Shown: one piece after another, positions 52,929 to 63,932 of the stretch
Numbering within the stretch: the first letter of the stretch is position 1
Layout: each line of letters opens with the position of its first letter
DNA from: a virus
Lineage: Duplodnaviria; Heunggongvirae; Uroviricota; Caudoviricetes
Length of the DNA stretch: 64,000 bases
Reading direction: 5' to 3' (one strand)
IMG/VR virus record: IMGVR_UViG_2579778941_000001
Notes under the pieces: generated by a model
Seen by the model: only the letters and a program-made list of their open reading frames with translations
Told to the model about the DNA's origin: nothing
Database searches by the model: none
Made by a program: the position numbers and the translations under genes

Positions 52929-53848
52929 CCAGAATCACTGAAGAGCGTATATCAGAGATTATTTCCCGTATCGAAATGTATGGTCACGGTGCTGGATATA
53001 CGGCAGATGAAGTATTGGCACTTGCCCAAATGGCTTTGGCGGCTTGCAAAGATGATAAAAAAATGAAGTTTATCGACTTGTTAGTGAAGGAGCTGCCTAA
53101 GTGCGGCGGGTGGCCTGATGGAATGAGTTATTGTTACCTACCCAGTGTCAATTTAATGGCACCATGCGCGACTTTTGCTTTTGGCTCAGACCACAAAAAA
53201 GACACTTTCTTTGGGCGCAATTTTTGTTGTGAGATTGAGCTTCCAATTGGTGACCTTGATAGCGATGAATACCAGTCAGTTGTCACTCGCGAACAATACG
53301 AATCAGCTCTCATAGCGTCGCAGAAAGTCGAGTTCAATGGTGATGAACTTGAAAGTAAGACTTACAGGTTGGATTTTGGGCAATGGCTGGAACAGCAACG
53401 CGGGAAAATCGATGTGGACTGTGGTTGTGTGTCCACTGAAACATTCATGCACTGGCTGCGGGTAGCTTACGAGGCTGGCAACTATCCGGATATTCCGGAT
53501 AGTTCGGTGCCAGCACCAGGAAAGGGCGTCACCGGTGAACGTATCCGAATTAAGCCGCATGTTTATCGCGAACTGGTTAACCGTCTCCACGATACAGCGA
53601 TCAAGTGTGCTGGCACCCAGCAATTACGAGAAAGAATAAGCCGTGTTTTGGGCGACGTTATTACACCAGATCATCATAAACAAGCCGAGAAAAGTGGCCT
53701 GGAAAGGTGTCGCCTTGAGGCGGCATTAAACATTAAGCCGGGGCATACGCTTGGCATTATTGATGCACTATTGGTTCATAAGATGGCCAGGGCTTTATTG
53801 CCGCTGGTGGCTGAAAAGCATGAGGTGGACCATGCCAACGAAAGCTGA
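52910..53848 (+). CDS. Hypothetical protein
   Basis: 312-aa ORF. Confidence 0.4.
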   Translation: MAQKEMTRITEERISEIISRIEMYGHGAGYTADEVLALAQMALAACKDDKKMKFIDLLVKELPKCGGWPDGMSYCYLPSVNLMAPCATFAFGSDHKKDTFFGRNFCCEIELPIGDLDSDEYQSVVTREQYESALIASQKVEFNGDELESKTYRLDFGQWLEQQRGKIDVDCGCVSTETFMHWLRVAYEAGNYPDIPDSSVPAPGKGVTGERIRIKPHVYRELVNRLHDTAIKCAGTQQLRERISRVLGDVITPDHHKQAEKSGLERCRLEAALNIKPGHTLGIIDALLVHKMARALLPLVAEKHEVDHANES

Positions 53849-54116
53849 ATTACAGGTGCGCGTAGATGAGCTTGAAAAAGAGAACGCGAGCCTCAAAAAA
53901 ATGCTGTCGCGGGCGGAAAGGGAATTATCAGGCAAATTATTGCCAGAAGAACTGCCACCAGCAGATATACCTGATCGAGTGTCCTGGTGGATGAAGTATT
54001 TCCGTGCACCGTGGGAGGCGTTTTGGTGCTACGACCATCGCAGATGGTGTGATGAACTTGATAGCAATTTTCCCTACTTTGCGGAAGGGAACACCTGCCC
54101 TCAATGCAGGGGATAG
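53832..54116 (+). CDS. Hypothetical protein with C-terminal zinc ribbon (start adjusted)
   Basis: MPTKAELQVRVDELEKENASLKK...NTCPQCRG with GAGGTGG RBS. Confidence 0.35.
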   Translation: MPTKAELQVRVDELEKENASLKKMLSRAERELSGKLLPEELPPADIPDRVSWWMKYFRAPWEAFWCYDHRRWCDELDSNFPYFAEGNTCPQCRG

Positions 54117-54451
54117 CATTTGACGAAATCGATCACCCTATCCTGAACTTCAGAAAGAAGGTCTTTTTCACGCGCCAGGACGTCAGGATATTGACGTTCT
54201 GGCCTTACCAGATGCCGGAGCTTCCCATTAAGCAGAATGGCCTCAGAAAACACTTTTACGCTGTGCTTTATCCCCTCTGTTTCACTTTTCAGCGTCAAAA
54301 TAAAGCGCAATTGCTTATTAGCCTGATTCGGATTCAATACACGAATTTGCAGTTCGTCTATGCTGTTCCGCAATGGGATTGATGCTACCACACTGGTGCA
54401 GTCTCTGATTGTCTGAATTGAACGGCTAACATTGAGAACGTTATTGTGCAT
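54101..54451 (-). CDS. Hypothetical protein
   Basis: 116-aa reverse ORF between forward operons. Confidence 0.3.
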   Translation of the reverse strand: MHNNVLNVSRSIQTIRDCTSVVASIPLRNSIDELQIRVLNPNQANKQLRFILTLKSETEGIKHSVKVFSEAILLNGKLRHLVRPERQYPDVLAREKDLLSEVQDRVIDFVKCYPLH

Positions 54452-54483
54452 GTGCCTGATCCACTAACTCCTGGAGGTTTCTT

Positions 54484-54735
54484 GTGTCAGATCGAAATAT
54501 AGCAGCTAAAAGCCAGGAAGAGCGAGACAAGGTGAACGTAGACCTTGCCGCCAGCGGCGTTGCTTACAAAGAACGGCTGAATATACCTGTGATTGCAGAG
54601 CAGGTGGCTCGTGAGCAACCGGAAAACCTGCGCGCCTATTTCATGGAACGGCTACGGCACTACCGGCAGTTAAGCCTCCAGTTGCCAAAAGGGAGCGATC
54701 CGGTGTATCAGAACGAGGATGCACCAAAAAAATAA
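54484..54735 (+). CDS. hot: DNA polymerase III theta-subunit homologue
   Basis: 83 aa; [45 protein letters not shown] closely resembles HolE. Confidence 0.75.
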   Translation: MSDRNIAAKSQEERDKVNVDLAASGVAYKERLNIPVIAEQVAREQPENLRAYFMERLRHYRQLSLQLPKGSDPVYQNEDAPKK

Positions 54736-54822
54736 CGGCAAGATGGGGGAGAAATGTGATTAGCCCCCAGCGTGGCGCGCCTACAAACCCCGCTTTCACA
54801 AACTATGCCTTTTCAATGTATA

Positions 54823-54838
54823 CTGTATGAATAAACAG
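54823..54838 (+). promoter_or_regulatory. LexA (SOS) box upstream of humD
   Basis: CTGTATGAATAAACAG fits CTGT-N8-ACAG. Confidence 0.65.
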
Positions 54839-54858
54839 TATCATTGAGGTAAAACGCT

Positions 54859-55248
54859 ATGGGCTTCCCTTCTCCTGCGGCGGATTATGTTGAAAGCCGA
54901 ATTTCTCTTGATCAGCAGATAATTAGACATCCTTCAGCGACCTACTTCATGCGGGCAGCTGATAGCCATCACCGTGAGGGAATATTGCAGGGTGCTTTGC
55001 TGGTGGTTGATTCCTCGCTTACTCCGGTTGATGGTTCTCTGCTTGTGTGCGCTATGGAGGGTGAATATCGCATAAAGAGATACAGGAAGTATCCGCGCCA
55101 GCACCTGGAGGACTTAAGCACCGGGAAGAAAGAGGCGTTACCAGTAGATGACGATGGATACACGGGCAGTAATGCTGTTTTTGGTGTGATCACTCATGTC
55201 ATCAATGATGCCCGAAGTGGGGAATTTGATGATTGTCCGGTTATTTAA
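54859..55248 (+). CDS. humD: UmuD-like protein
   Basis: 129 aa with S24 peptidase/UmuD-like sequence. Confidence 0.8.
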   Translation: MGFPSPAADYVESRISLDQQIIRHPSATYFMRAADSHHREGILQGALLVVDSSLTPVDGSLLVCAMEGEYRIKRYRKYPRQHLEDLSTGKKEALPVDDDGYTGSNAVFGVITHVINDARSGEFDDCPVI

Positions 55249-55320
55249 GCTGCAAAGTGCTGGTGCTTTATGCCTGTGAAGTTTATAATTGTGTACACAT
55301 AACGAGTACACGAGGTGTTT

Positions 55321-55542
55321 ATGCAATCCATTAACTTCCGTACCGCGCGTGGCAACCTTTCTGAAGTGCTCAACAATGTTGAAGCCGGGGAAGAGGTTGA
55401 AATCACCCGCAGAGGCCGTGAGCCAGCAGTAATTGTCAGCAAGGCTACTTTCGAAGCCTACAAAAAAGCGGCGCTGGATGCTGAATTTGCATCCCTGTTT
55501 GACACCCTGGACTCCACCAACAAGGAACTGGTTAACCGATAA
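55321..55542 (+). CDS. phd: Phd antitoxin
   Basis: 73 aa [49 protein letters not shown]... Confidence 0.9.
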   Translation: MQSINFRTARGNLSEVLNNVEAGEEVEITRRGREPAVIVSKATFEAYKKAALDAEFASLFDTLDSTNKELVNR

Positions 55543-55922
55543 TGAGACATATATCACCGGAAGAACTTGTTGCGCTTCATGATGCGAATATAAGCCGCTA
55601 CGGCGGCCTGCCGGGAATGTCTGATCCGGGTAGGGCAGAGGCCATTATCGGGAGAGTTCAGGCCAGAGTTGCCTACGAAGAGATCACCGACCTTTTCGAA
55701 GTCTCCGCCACCTACCTGGTGGCTACAGCGAGAGGGCATATATTCAATGATGCCAATAAGCGTACCGCGCTAAACAGTGCGCTGCTATTTCTACGCCGTA
55801 ACGGGGTGCAGGTATTTGATTCACCTGAACTGGCAGACCTTACCGTAGGCGCTGCGACTGGCGAGATATCTGTATCTTCTGTCGCCGACACGTTACGTAG
55901 ATTGTATGGTTCTGCGGAGTAG
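55542..55922 (+). CDS. doc: Doc toxin (Fic-fold kinase)
   Basis: 126 aa, start overlaps phd stop; Fic-like [10 protein letters not shown] motif. Confidence 0.9.
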
Positions 55923-56106
55923 ATTAATGGCACGTAAATACAACAAGTTGTCCCGTGAAGCGTTAAAGATGCTTCTTGATGGCGTGAGCCGCCGCAAGGT
56001 AAAGCAATACCTGGTTGGTAAGCAAATTGGAGTCAGGACCGCTATTGCTGTGTTATGCCGTCAGGAAATGGTTGTGCTTAAACAGAGAATGCCGGGCAGC
56101 AGATAA
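55906..56106 (+). CDS. Small basic protein
   Basis: 66-aa ORF downstream of doc. Confidence 0.4.
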   Translation: MVLRSRLMARKYNKLSREALKMLLDGVSRRKVKQYLVGKQIGVRTAIAVLCRQEMVVLKQRMPGSR

Positions 56107-56133
56107 AGCCCAATCAGTGATTAAAGGTGTGAT

Positions 56134-57177
56134 GTGAAAGCCATAATTACTCCCTTTGTACAGAAAGAGCTTGGCCTCGCCACGTTCAAAGTGGATCAGG
56201 AGGTCAGAAAGCTGGTGGAGGCTGGCCGTAAATTTATTATGGAGCCGGTGCCGCGTGAGTTAATCGAGCACATGGAAGACGGCCTCGTTGTTACCGAGCA
56301 AACCATGGCAACAAATGAGGCGTTGCAGCCGTTTTTTAACAGCGATGAACTGTTTCGCCGTATTGGTGGAATTGACTCGCTGGTGGCGTGGTTGCGTAGG
56401 AAAGAGGGTCAATGCCAGGCCGCAGATCGTAGTTGGTGTGACAACCATATTGTCCACGCTGAACGAGACAATAGCGCGGTGTTGTTGTGCTGGCATCACG
56501 ATAACCATTACCGGATGCGTGGTTTTAATGAGCTGAAAGAAACGCTGCACAATAATCGCGTTAACTGGATACTGGATGTCGCCCGTCAGGAAATGGGCCT
56601 TTCAAATAGCCATGATTTAAGTATTCAGGAGCTGTGCTGGTGGGCTTTCATGCGCAACATGATGCACCTGATGCCGGAAGAAGTCTGCCGCATATCAATA
56701 AATAAGATGAAGGCTACTCCGCAGGATAGCGGACCTCTGAAAGAGGCGGATATTCGCCCGTATGACGATCGCGCTACAGCATATGTTCAGATGATGGAAG
56801 AACGCGCCGCGCCGATGCGTGCAAAAGTATGCCCTGTGGATGTTGACTCCGACCCAGGTATGGCGCATTTCAAAATACCAAAACTTCAATCGCTAAAATT
56901 GCCCGAGTACATGGACTTTGTGGCTTCCCGTCCATGCTGTGGCTGTGGAGCTGCGGGAGCTGGCGCTCACATTACGCCTTATATCGTTCGTCATAGTCGA
57001 TTATGCGCGCATGACATTTATGCTATTCCTCTGTGCCAGTCATGCCAGCGTGATATTGAGCGTGACCGCGATAATTGGGAGAAGACGCACGGTAGGCTGG
57101 CGATGCATCAACGATTGTTCTTTGATTACGCGCTTGGAGTCGGCGCTATCACAAGTCATTCGTCGAGCGTTAGATAA
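56134..57177 (+). CDS. Hypothetical protein with C-terminal Cys cluster
   Basis: 347-aa ORF; [12 protein letters not shown]...CQSCQ. Confidence 0.45.
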   Translation: MKAIITPFVQKELGLATFKVDQEVRKLVEAGRKFIMEPVPRELIEHMEDGLVVTEQTMATNEALQPFFNSDELFRRIGGIDSLVAWLRRKEGQCQAADRSWCDNHIVHAERDNSAVLLCWHHDNHYRMRGFNELKETLHNNRVNWILDVARQEMGLSNSHDLSIQELCWWAFMRNMMHLMPEEVCRISINKMKATPQDSGPLKEADIRPYDDRATAYVQMMEERAAPMRAKVCPVDVDSDPGMAHFKIPKLQSLKLPEYMDFVASRPCCGCGAAGAGAHITPYIVRHSRLCAHDIYAIPLCQSCQRDIERDRDNWEKTHGRLAMHQRLFFDYALGVGAITSHSSSVR

Positions 57178-57178
57178 A

Positions 57179-57194
57179 ATTGCTCTAATGTATT
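57179..57194 (+). promoter_or_regulatory. C1 operator upstream of lpa-like gene
   Basis: ATTGCTCTAATGTATT. Confidence 0.45.
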
Positions 57195-57265
57195 GCTATT
57201 TCTTTAATCGAGGGTATTATATTCGACGTTGATTAGTTGACATGGGCTAATCAGTAGGTGACAGG

Positions 57266-57718
57266 ATGTTACTTAACTGGCAGGGACGCCACTTCATGGA
57301 AATAAATCACTCACGAATAACATCGTACGAGATTGCGGATTACATGATCCGCACTAAATCTCTTCTATCAGCGAAAGAACTCGCAGCAATTCTTGAAAAG
57401 GAATACCCGCATCTGGATGTCGATAAGCGCGATGTTTATCTGCGCTTAAAGGCTATCGCTGTGTCTAAGTATTCGTCTGTTTTGATTGATGACAGTACAC
57501 GCCCACGTAGATTTCAGATCCACTCTCTGAATCCTGAATTCTTTCGCCGCAGCCGCGCTCCGCGCCGGTTTGATGAAAAACTCCAGAACGAACTCTATAT
57601 GACGCAGGACGAAAAGGAACGCCGGGAGCACCAGCCTTGGGTGATGGCGCGTCAACTTTTCAATAAGGTGGTCCGTCAGCACCGTCATTACGGTAATGCC
57701 ACATCCGCACGTATCTGA
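57266..57718 (+). CDS. Candidate late promoter activator
   Basis: 150-aa ORF controlled by a C1 operator and located upstream of pacA as in P1. Confidence 0.45.
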   Translation: MLLNWQGRHFMEINHSRITSYEIADYMIRTKSLLSAKELAAILEKEYPHLDVDKRDVYLRLKAIAVSKYSSVLIDDSTRPRRFQIHSLNPEFFRRSRAPRRFDEKLQNELYMTQDEKERREHQPWVMARQLFNKVVRQHRHYGNATSARI

Positions 57719-57804
57719 TTGATTGCTTGCCCGTTCCGGGCCTTTTGACATGTGACTTTCGTTACCCTCGCGTCAAAAAGAGTTTTATACGAAAGGAAGC
57801 ATAA

Positions 57805-58998
57805 GTGACCTGGGACGATCACAAGAAGAATTTTGCTCGCCTGGCGCGAGATGGTGGTTACACCATCGCACAGTATGCCGCCGAGTTTAATCTTAACCCT
57901 AATACCGCACGTCGTTATCTCCGTGCCTTCAAAGAAGACACCAGGACAGCGGACAGCCGCAAGCCAAATAAGCCAGTCAGGAAGCCTCTAAAAAGCATGA
58001 TCATTGATCACGCTAATGATCAACGTGCATGTGATCACATTGTGGCTGAAATGGCTGAAAAACAAAGAGTTAATGCTGTTGTCAGTGCCGCAGTCGAGAA
58101 CGCTAAGCGCCAAAATAAGCGCATAAATGATCGTTCTGATGATCATGACGTGATCACCCGCGCCCACCGTACCTTACGTGATCGCCTGGAACGCGACACC
58201 CTGGATGATGATGGTGAACGCTTTGAATTCGAAGCTGGCGATTACCTGATAGATAACGTTGAAGCGCGGAAGGCCGCGCGCGCTATGTTGCGTCGGTCCG
58301 GGGCCGATGTTCTGGAAACCACTCTTCTGGAAAAGTCTCTTTCTCATCTCCTTATGCTGGAGAACGCCAGGGATACGTGTATTCGCCTGGTGCAGGAAAT
58401 GCGCGATCAGCAAAAAGACGATGATGAAGGTACTCCGCCTGAATACCGTATCGCGAGCATGCTAAACAGCTGTTCCGCGCAGATAAGCAGCCTGATCAAC
58501 ACCATTTACAGCATCCGGAATAACTATCGAAAAGAAAGCCGGGAGGCGGAAAAGCACGCTTTATCTATGGGGCAAGCTGGCATTGTTAAGCTGGCATACG
58601 AACGAAAGCGTGAAAATAACTGGTCAGTGCTGGAAGCGGCTGAATTCATCGAGGCGCATGGAGGAAAAGTGCCTCCCCTGATGCTGGAGCAAATCAAAGC
58701 CGATCTGCGTGCTCCTAAGACCAATACCGATGATGAGGAAAACCAAACAGCATCTGGCGCTCCATCACTTGAAGATCTGGATAAAATCGCGCGAGAACGG
58801 GCCGCCAGCCGCCGCGCTGATGCCGCATTGTGGATTGAGCATCGTAGAGAAGAAATTGCCGATATCGTCGATACAGGTGGTTATGGTGATGTCGATGCGG
58901 AAGGCATATCAAACGAAGCATGGCTTGAACAGGATCTGGACGAAGACGAGGAGGAAGACGAAGAAGTTACCCGCAAACTGTACGGGGATGATGATTAA
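57805..58998 (+). CDS. pacA: Terminase small subunit PacA
   Basis: 397-aa ORF containing the pac site; acidic C-terminus. Confidence 0.8.
57998..58157. repeat. pac packaging site: seven TGATCA/G hexamers (four left, three right)
   Basis: TGATCA at 57998, 58005, 58017, 58032 and TGATCG/TGATCA at 58127, 58140, 58152. Confidence 0.8.
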
Positions 58999-60482
58999 TG
59001 GCCAGAAGTTGCGTAACGGACCCACGTTGGCGCGAGCTGGTGGCGCTATATCGTTATGACTGGATTGCGGCCGCTGATGTGTTGTTTGGGAAGACACCAA
59101 CCTGGCAGCAGGATGAGATCATTGAGTCCACGCAGCAGGACGGCAGTTGGACAAGTGTGACCTCCGGCCATGGTACTGGTAAATCGGATATGACGAGTAT
59201 CATTGCAATACTCTTCATCATGTTTTTCCCCGGCGCTCGCGTCATTCTGGTCGCTAACAAAAGACAGCAAGTCCTTGATGGTATTTTCAAATACATAAAG
59301 AGCAATTGGGCTACTGCTGTTAGCAGATTCCCGTGGTTGTCGAAGTATTTCATTCTTACAGAAACGTCTTTTTTTGAGGTGACTGGCAAGGGTGTTTGGA
59401 CAATATTGATAAAGTCCTGTCGCCCCGGGAATGAGGAGGCGTTGGCTGGTGAACACGCCGATCATCTCTTGTATATCATCGACGAAGCGTCGGGTGTGAG
59501 TGATAAAGCATTCAGTGTGATAACAGGTGCGCTGACCGGTAAGGATAACCGTATTCTGCTTCTTTCCCAGCCTACGCGACCTTCAGGCTATTTCTACGAT
59601 TCACACCACAGACTAGCTATTCGCCCGGGAAATCCTGATGGATTGTTTACTGCGATAATACTGAATAGTGAAGAATCTCCGCTTGTAGATGCAAAATTTA
59701 TACGAGCAAAACTTGCGGAGTATGGCGGTCGTGATAACCCCATGTACATGATCAAAGTACGTGGTGAATTTCCCAAATCTCAAGATGGCTTTCTTCTTGG
59801 TCGTGATGAGGTTGAGCGGGCGACGCGGCGAAAGGTCAAGATTGCCAAAGGATGGGGCTGGGTTGCATGTGTTGACGTTGCTGGTGGCACAGGACGAGAT
59901 AAGTCCGTTATTAATATCATGATGGTGTCCGGCCAGCGAAATAAACGCCGTGTAATCAACTATCGTATGCTGGAATACACAGACGTTACAGAAACGCAGT
60001 TAGCCGCCAAGATTTTCGCAGAATGTAACCCAGAACGGTTCCCGAACATAACCATAGCTATTGATGGCGATGGCTTGGGGAAATCGACGGCTGATCTAAT
60101 GTACGAACGCTATGGCATTACCGTCCAGCGTATCCGCTGGGGTAAAAAGATGCACAGCCGTGAAGATAAAAGCCTTTATTTCGATATGCGCGCTTTCGCG
60201 AATATTCAGGCGGCAGAAGCTGTAAAATCAGGGCGTATGAGGCTTGATAAGGGGGCTGCGACTATAGAGGAAGCATCAAAGATACCGGTAGGGATAAATT
60301 CCGCAGGTCAATGGAAGGTGATGTCAAAGGAAGATATGAAGAAAAAACTCAACCTGCACTCACCGGACCATTGGGATACATATTGTTTCGCTATGTTGGC
60401 GAACTATGTTCCCCAGGATGAAGTGCTTAGCGTCGAAGACGAAGCGCAGGTTGATGAAGCTCTGGCATGGCTTAATGAATAA
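58998..60482 (+). CDS. pacB: Terminase large subunit PacB
   Basis: 494-aa ORF translationally coupled to pacA. Confidence 0.8.
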
Positions 60483-60506
60483 CTCATTAACCATGCCGGA
60501 TAGAAA

Positions 60507-61358
60507 CTATTGCGCGCTTTCGGGGTTGTCGTTTACTGGCTGCCCCTTCTTAGTTTTACGGCTGCGCGTAACTGATGCGGCTGATTTGACCTTTTTCTCT
60601 TCGCGAGTGATGGCAATTTGTTTTTTTACATTTTCAATATCTGCCAGGCGATATATTTTTGCCTGCGGCCAGCGGTCGCAGATGATCGGTTCTATAGAGT
60701 CATAAAGGCTAAATTTTGCTTTCTCGAATTCACCGTTGATGATGATTCCATCACGGAGAGTTTCATCGCAGATAAACACACCACACAGCGGCACATGGTA
60801 ACTAACTGATTTACCATCATTGTAGTTAGGGCTACTGGAAATGTAATGGACGCGCAGCATTGTTTCGCTAAAGCCGTGTACACGCATACGGAATTTTTCA
60901 TCCTCCGGGTACTGCTTCATTAGCTCTTTTGTTGCTTCCAGGTTCTCTATGTATTTCGCACTGTGCTCATTGATCCCCGCGCTTTTCTGGATGCGAATGT
61001 CCTTATCAATCAGATGAATAATGCGGCCAGCGGTCATGTTGACGCTGTTCACAGCTTCTGTCTGATAAGTTGTAACCTTACGCACACCGCGAAGGATGTT
61101 AGGCACTGGATATAAAATAGTCTTTGGGATATTGAGGTCTGGGTACTGTTCCAGTTCTCGCGCCATTAAAGTCCATTTATCAATTTCAGCCTGAATGCTG
61201 TCCGTTTCTTTGAACGGCAGAACGACAACCGGGCGTACAGGACGACCGTCGCTGGCGGCATCAACGTGTTGGGCGCGTGCAACAGCTTTTTTTAGAAAGA
61301 GATCCCTGAAGCTGACGAACTCCTGGTACAGTTGTTCGCCGTAGACATAATTTATCAT
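60507..61358 (-). CDS. c1: C1 repressor of lysis (283 aa from MINYVYGEQLYQEF)
   Basis: Sequence recognised as P1 C1; track ORF extends to an upstream in-frame ATG at 61442. Confidence 0.85.
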   Translation of the reverse strand: MINYVYGEQLYQEFVSFRDLFLKKAVARAQHVDAASDGRPVRPVVVLPFKETDSIQAEIDKWTLMARELEQYPDLNIPKTILYPVPNILRGVRKVTTYQTEAVNSVNMTAGRIIHLIDKDIRIQKSAGINEHSAKYIENLEATKELMKQYPEDEKFRMRVHGFSETMLRVHYISSSPNYNDGKSVSYHVPLCGVFICDETLRDGIIINGEFEKAKFSLYDSIEPIICDRWPQAKIYRLADIENVKKQIAITREEKKVKSAASVTRSRKTKKGQPVNDNPESAQ

Positions 61359-61468
61359 TGATCCTCCTCCAGAATTGACATGGCCAACAACTCCCAGTGT
61401 AATCCGCTGTGAGTTGTTGGCCACCATTATAGAAGGATCCAACGAAAATAATAGATTTATTAGTGCAT

Positions 61469-61678
61469 TTATTGTGAGTCTGGCTGGTTAGTGGCCATGA
61501 GATATTCGATTGTGTCAGTGAGATCATCCAGGTCGTCTTGGGTGATGCGGTACTCCTGATTGGATATCTTTGAGTAGTGTTCAGCAATGGCGCGGGCAGC
61601 GTCGGTTTCGGCAGGGTCTACAGATAAAGCGTTAGAGCAATGTCTAACGTCGTCGATGGTTGGTGGAATGAAAGCCAT
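61469..61678 (-). CDS. coi: Coi, C1 inactivator
   Basis: 69-aa ORF immediately upstream of c1. Confidence 0.75.
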   Translation of the reverse strand: MAFIPPTIDDVRHCSNALSVDPAETDAARAIAEHYSKISNQEYRITQDDLDDLTDTIEYLMATNQPDSQ

Positions 61679-61914
61679 AATTATGCCTCACTGTATTGAC
61701 AACACAGAGCCTGAAGCTCTGACCTACTGTTTCACCCATGATCCATGCTGGGGTAATCTAACAACATTGCGCTGTGTGTAAGATGAGCAATGCATAGCTG
61801 TAATGCCGTTGTATAAGGTTTCCCTGTTTGCTCATTTCCTTCTGAGCCGCTCTACAACGCTGAAGACACATTAAATAGTGAATCCAAAGTCGTATTACGA
61901 AACGGCGGCAAAAC

Positions 61915-62016
61915 TATAATTTATTAGAGCAATTGTCAAACAACAATGAAAAACAATCCAGTTTTTGGCTGGTGGAGTGGGATTTTTCTCTCAAAATTTA
62001 TTGCTCTAATAATTCT
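61915..62016. promoter_or_regulatory. C1 operator cluster upstream of the coi-c1 region
   Basis: ATAATTTATTAGAGCAAT at 61915-61932 and ATTGCTCTAATAATTCT at 62000-62016; weaker site at 61449-61469. Confidence 0.5.
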
Positions 62017-62059
62017 TGATTTTTATGCGCAGCTGGACGTAAACTCCTCTTCGGACCTA

Positions 62060-62093
62060 ATAACTTCGTATAGCATACATTATACGAAGTTAT
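62060..62093 (+). other. loxP site-specific recombination site
   Basis: Exact ATAACTTCGTATA-GCATACAT-TATACGAAGTTAT. Confidence 0.97.
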
Positions 62094-62282
62094 CTTAAGG
62101 GTTATTGAACATGATCAATTTACCTGTAAATCCATACAGTTCAATACCTTATCAGGTCAAATAGTGATCACTTGATCATTTGATCAAGGTTGCGCTACGT
62201 AAAATCTGCGAATTGTTGGCAGTGTTTGTGCTCCAGATTTCGCGTAGCGCACTTAGCACCACCAATCAATCAGAGGTGAAAA

Positions 62283-62504
62283 ATGGGATATTCAGCTGCT
62301 AAAGTGTCCACTCATCTTGAGCTTGAGAAAAACCGTGGTTACTGGCGGGCAAAATGGTTTGATCGTGATAGTTGCCAACTGTCATTATCGCGCGGTGAAG
62401 AGAAAATAGAACGCACGCGCGGTCGCTGGCGTTTCTATGACGAGAACCATAAACAGGTAAAGGCAGAGCCGATCCTGTACACTTTACTTAAAACCATTAT
62501 CTGA
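62283..62504 (+). CDS. Small ORF between loxP and cre
   Basis: 73-aa ORF; GATC cluster upstream. Confidence 0.3.
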   Translation: MGYSAAKVSTHLELEKNRGYWRAKWFDRDSCQLSLSRGEEKIERTRGRWRFYDENHKQVKAEPILYTLLKTII

Positions 62505-62511
62505 GTGTTAA

Positions 62512-63543
62512 ATGTCCAATTTACTGACCGTACACCAAAATTTGCCTGCATTACCGGTCGATGCAACGAGTGATGAGGTTCGCAAGAACCTGATGGACAT
62601 GTTCAGGGATCGCCAGGCGTTTTCTGAGCATACCTGGAAAATGCTTCTGTCCGTTTGCCGGTCGTGGGCGGCATGGTGCAAGTTGAATAACCGGAAATGG
62701 TTTCCCGCAGAACCTGAAGATGTTCGCGATTATCTTCTATATCTTCAGGCGCGCGGTCTGGCAGTAAAAACTATCCAGCAACATTTGGGCCAGCTAAACA
62801 TGCTTCATCGTCGGTCCGGGCTGTCACGACCAAGTGACAGTAATGCTGTTTCACTGGTCATGCGGCGGATTCGAAAAGAAAACGTTGATGCCGGTGAACG
62901 TGCAAAACAGGCATTGGCGTTCGAACGCACTGATTTCGACCAGGTTCGTTCACTCATGGAAAATAGCGATCGCTGCCAGGATATACGGAATCTGGCATTT
63001 CTGGGGATTGCTTATAACACCCTGTTACGTATAGCCGAAATTGCCAGGATCAGGGTTAAAGATATCTCACGTACTGACGGTGGGAGAATGTTAATCCATA
63101 TTGGCAGAACGAAAACACTGGTTAGCACCGCAGGTGTAGAGAAGGCACTTAGCCTGGGGGTAACTAAACTGGTCGAGCGATGGATTTCTGTCTCTGGTGT
63201 GGCTGATGATCCGAATAACTACCTGTTTTGCCGTGTCAGAAAAAATGGTGTTGCCGCGCCATCTGCCACCAGCCAGCTATCAACTCGCGCTCTGGAAGGG
63301 ATTTTTGAAGCAACTCATCGATTGATTTACGGCGCTAAGGATGACTCTGGGCAGAGATACCTGGCCTGGTCTGGACACAGTGCCCGTGTCGGAGCCGCGC
63401 GAGATATGGCCCGCGCCGGAGTTTCAATACCGGAGATCATGCAAGCTGGTGGCTGGACCAACGTAAATATTGTCATGAACTACATTCGTAACCTGGATAG
63501 TGAAACGGGGGCAATGGTGCGCCTGCTGGAAGATGGCGATTAG
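62512..63543 (+). CDS. cre: Cre tyrosine recombinase
   Basis: 343 aa beginning MSNLLTVHQNLPALPVDATSDEVRKNLMDMFRDRQAFSEHTWKMLLSVCRSWAAWCKLNNRKWFPAEPEDVRDYLLYLQARGLAVKTIQQHLGQLNMLHRRSGLPRPSDSNAVSLVMRRIRKENVDAGERAKQALAFERTDFDQVRSLMENSDRCQDIRNLAFLGIAYNTLLRIAEIARIRVKDISRTDGGRMLIHIGRTKTLVSTAGVEKALSLGVTKLVERWISVSGVADDPNNYLFCRVRKNGVAAPSATSQLSTRALEGIFEATHRLIYGAKDDSGQRYLAWSGHSARVGAARDMARAGVSIPEIMQAGGWTNVNIVMNYIRNLDSETGAMVRLLEDGD-like sequence recognised as Cre. Confidence 0.95.
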   Translation: MSNLLTVHQNLPALPVDATSDEVRKNLMDMFRDRQAFSEHTWKMLLSVCRSWAAWCKLNNRKWFPAEPEDVRDYLLYLQARGLAVKTIQQHLGQLNMLHRRSGLSRPSDSNAVSLVMRRIRKENVDAGERAKQALAFERTDFDQVRSLMENSDRCQDIRNLAFLGIAYNTLLRIAEIARIRVKDISRTDGGRMLIHIGRTKTLVSTAGVEKALSLGVTKLVERWISVSGVADDPNNYLFCRVRKNGVAAPSATSQLSTRALEGIFEATHRLIYGAKDDSGQRYLAWSGHSARVGAARDMARAGVSIPEIMQAGGWTNVNIVMNYIRNLDSETGAMVRLLEDGD

Positions 63544-63560
63544 CCGTTCATTTGCGCCAG

Positions 63561-63577
63561 ATTGCTCTAATTATTTG
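63561..63577 (+). promoter_or_regulatory. C1 operator downstream of cre
   Basis: ATTGCTCTAATTATTTG. Confidence 0.5.
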
Positions 63578-63593
63578 ATATTTATGGTGACAC

Positions 63594-63905
63594 ATGCGGA
63601 AGGATTTCAAAATAGACGGAAAATATGTGGTGCTGTCTGTAAGCTCTCAAATTCAGTCACCATCTGTCATTGTCACCGTAAAGTTGAGCGATAGGATGCC
63701 TGATATCGACTCGATATCTGTTGCGTTCCCCGTTAAAAGCATGCGGAGTGCTGAACATTTTGTGATGAATGCAACGGAGGAGGAAGCGCGGCGCGGGCTT
63801 ACTAGAGTGATGGTGGAATTTGGCGAACTCCTGGGTAAGGTAAACAATGCCCTTTCAATCAGTTCAGCAAGATCCAAAGCGTTAACAGCTTCCATGATGA
63901 AATAA
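63594..63905 (+). CDS. Hypothetical protein downstream of cre
   Basis: 103-aa ORF followed by a terminator. Confidence 0.4.
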   Translation: MRKDFKIDGKYVVLSVSSQIQSPSVIVTVKLSDRMPDIDSISVAFPVKSMRSAEHFVMNATEEEARRGLTRVMVEFGELLGKVNNALSISSARSKALTASMMK

Positions 63906-63907
63906 AA

Positions 63908-63932
63908 AAAGCCTGGCAAGGAGCCAGGCTGC
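63908..63932 (+). terminator. Rho-independent terminator
   Basis: GCCTGGC-AAGGA-GCCAGGC hairpin preceded by an A-run. Confidence 0.5.

Noticed and set aside
61587-61781. 64-aa forward ORF overlapping coi
   Set aside because: Antisense to coi and its operator region; the small immunity ORFs expected upstream of coi could not be resolved confidently from sequence alone.
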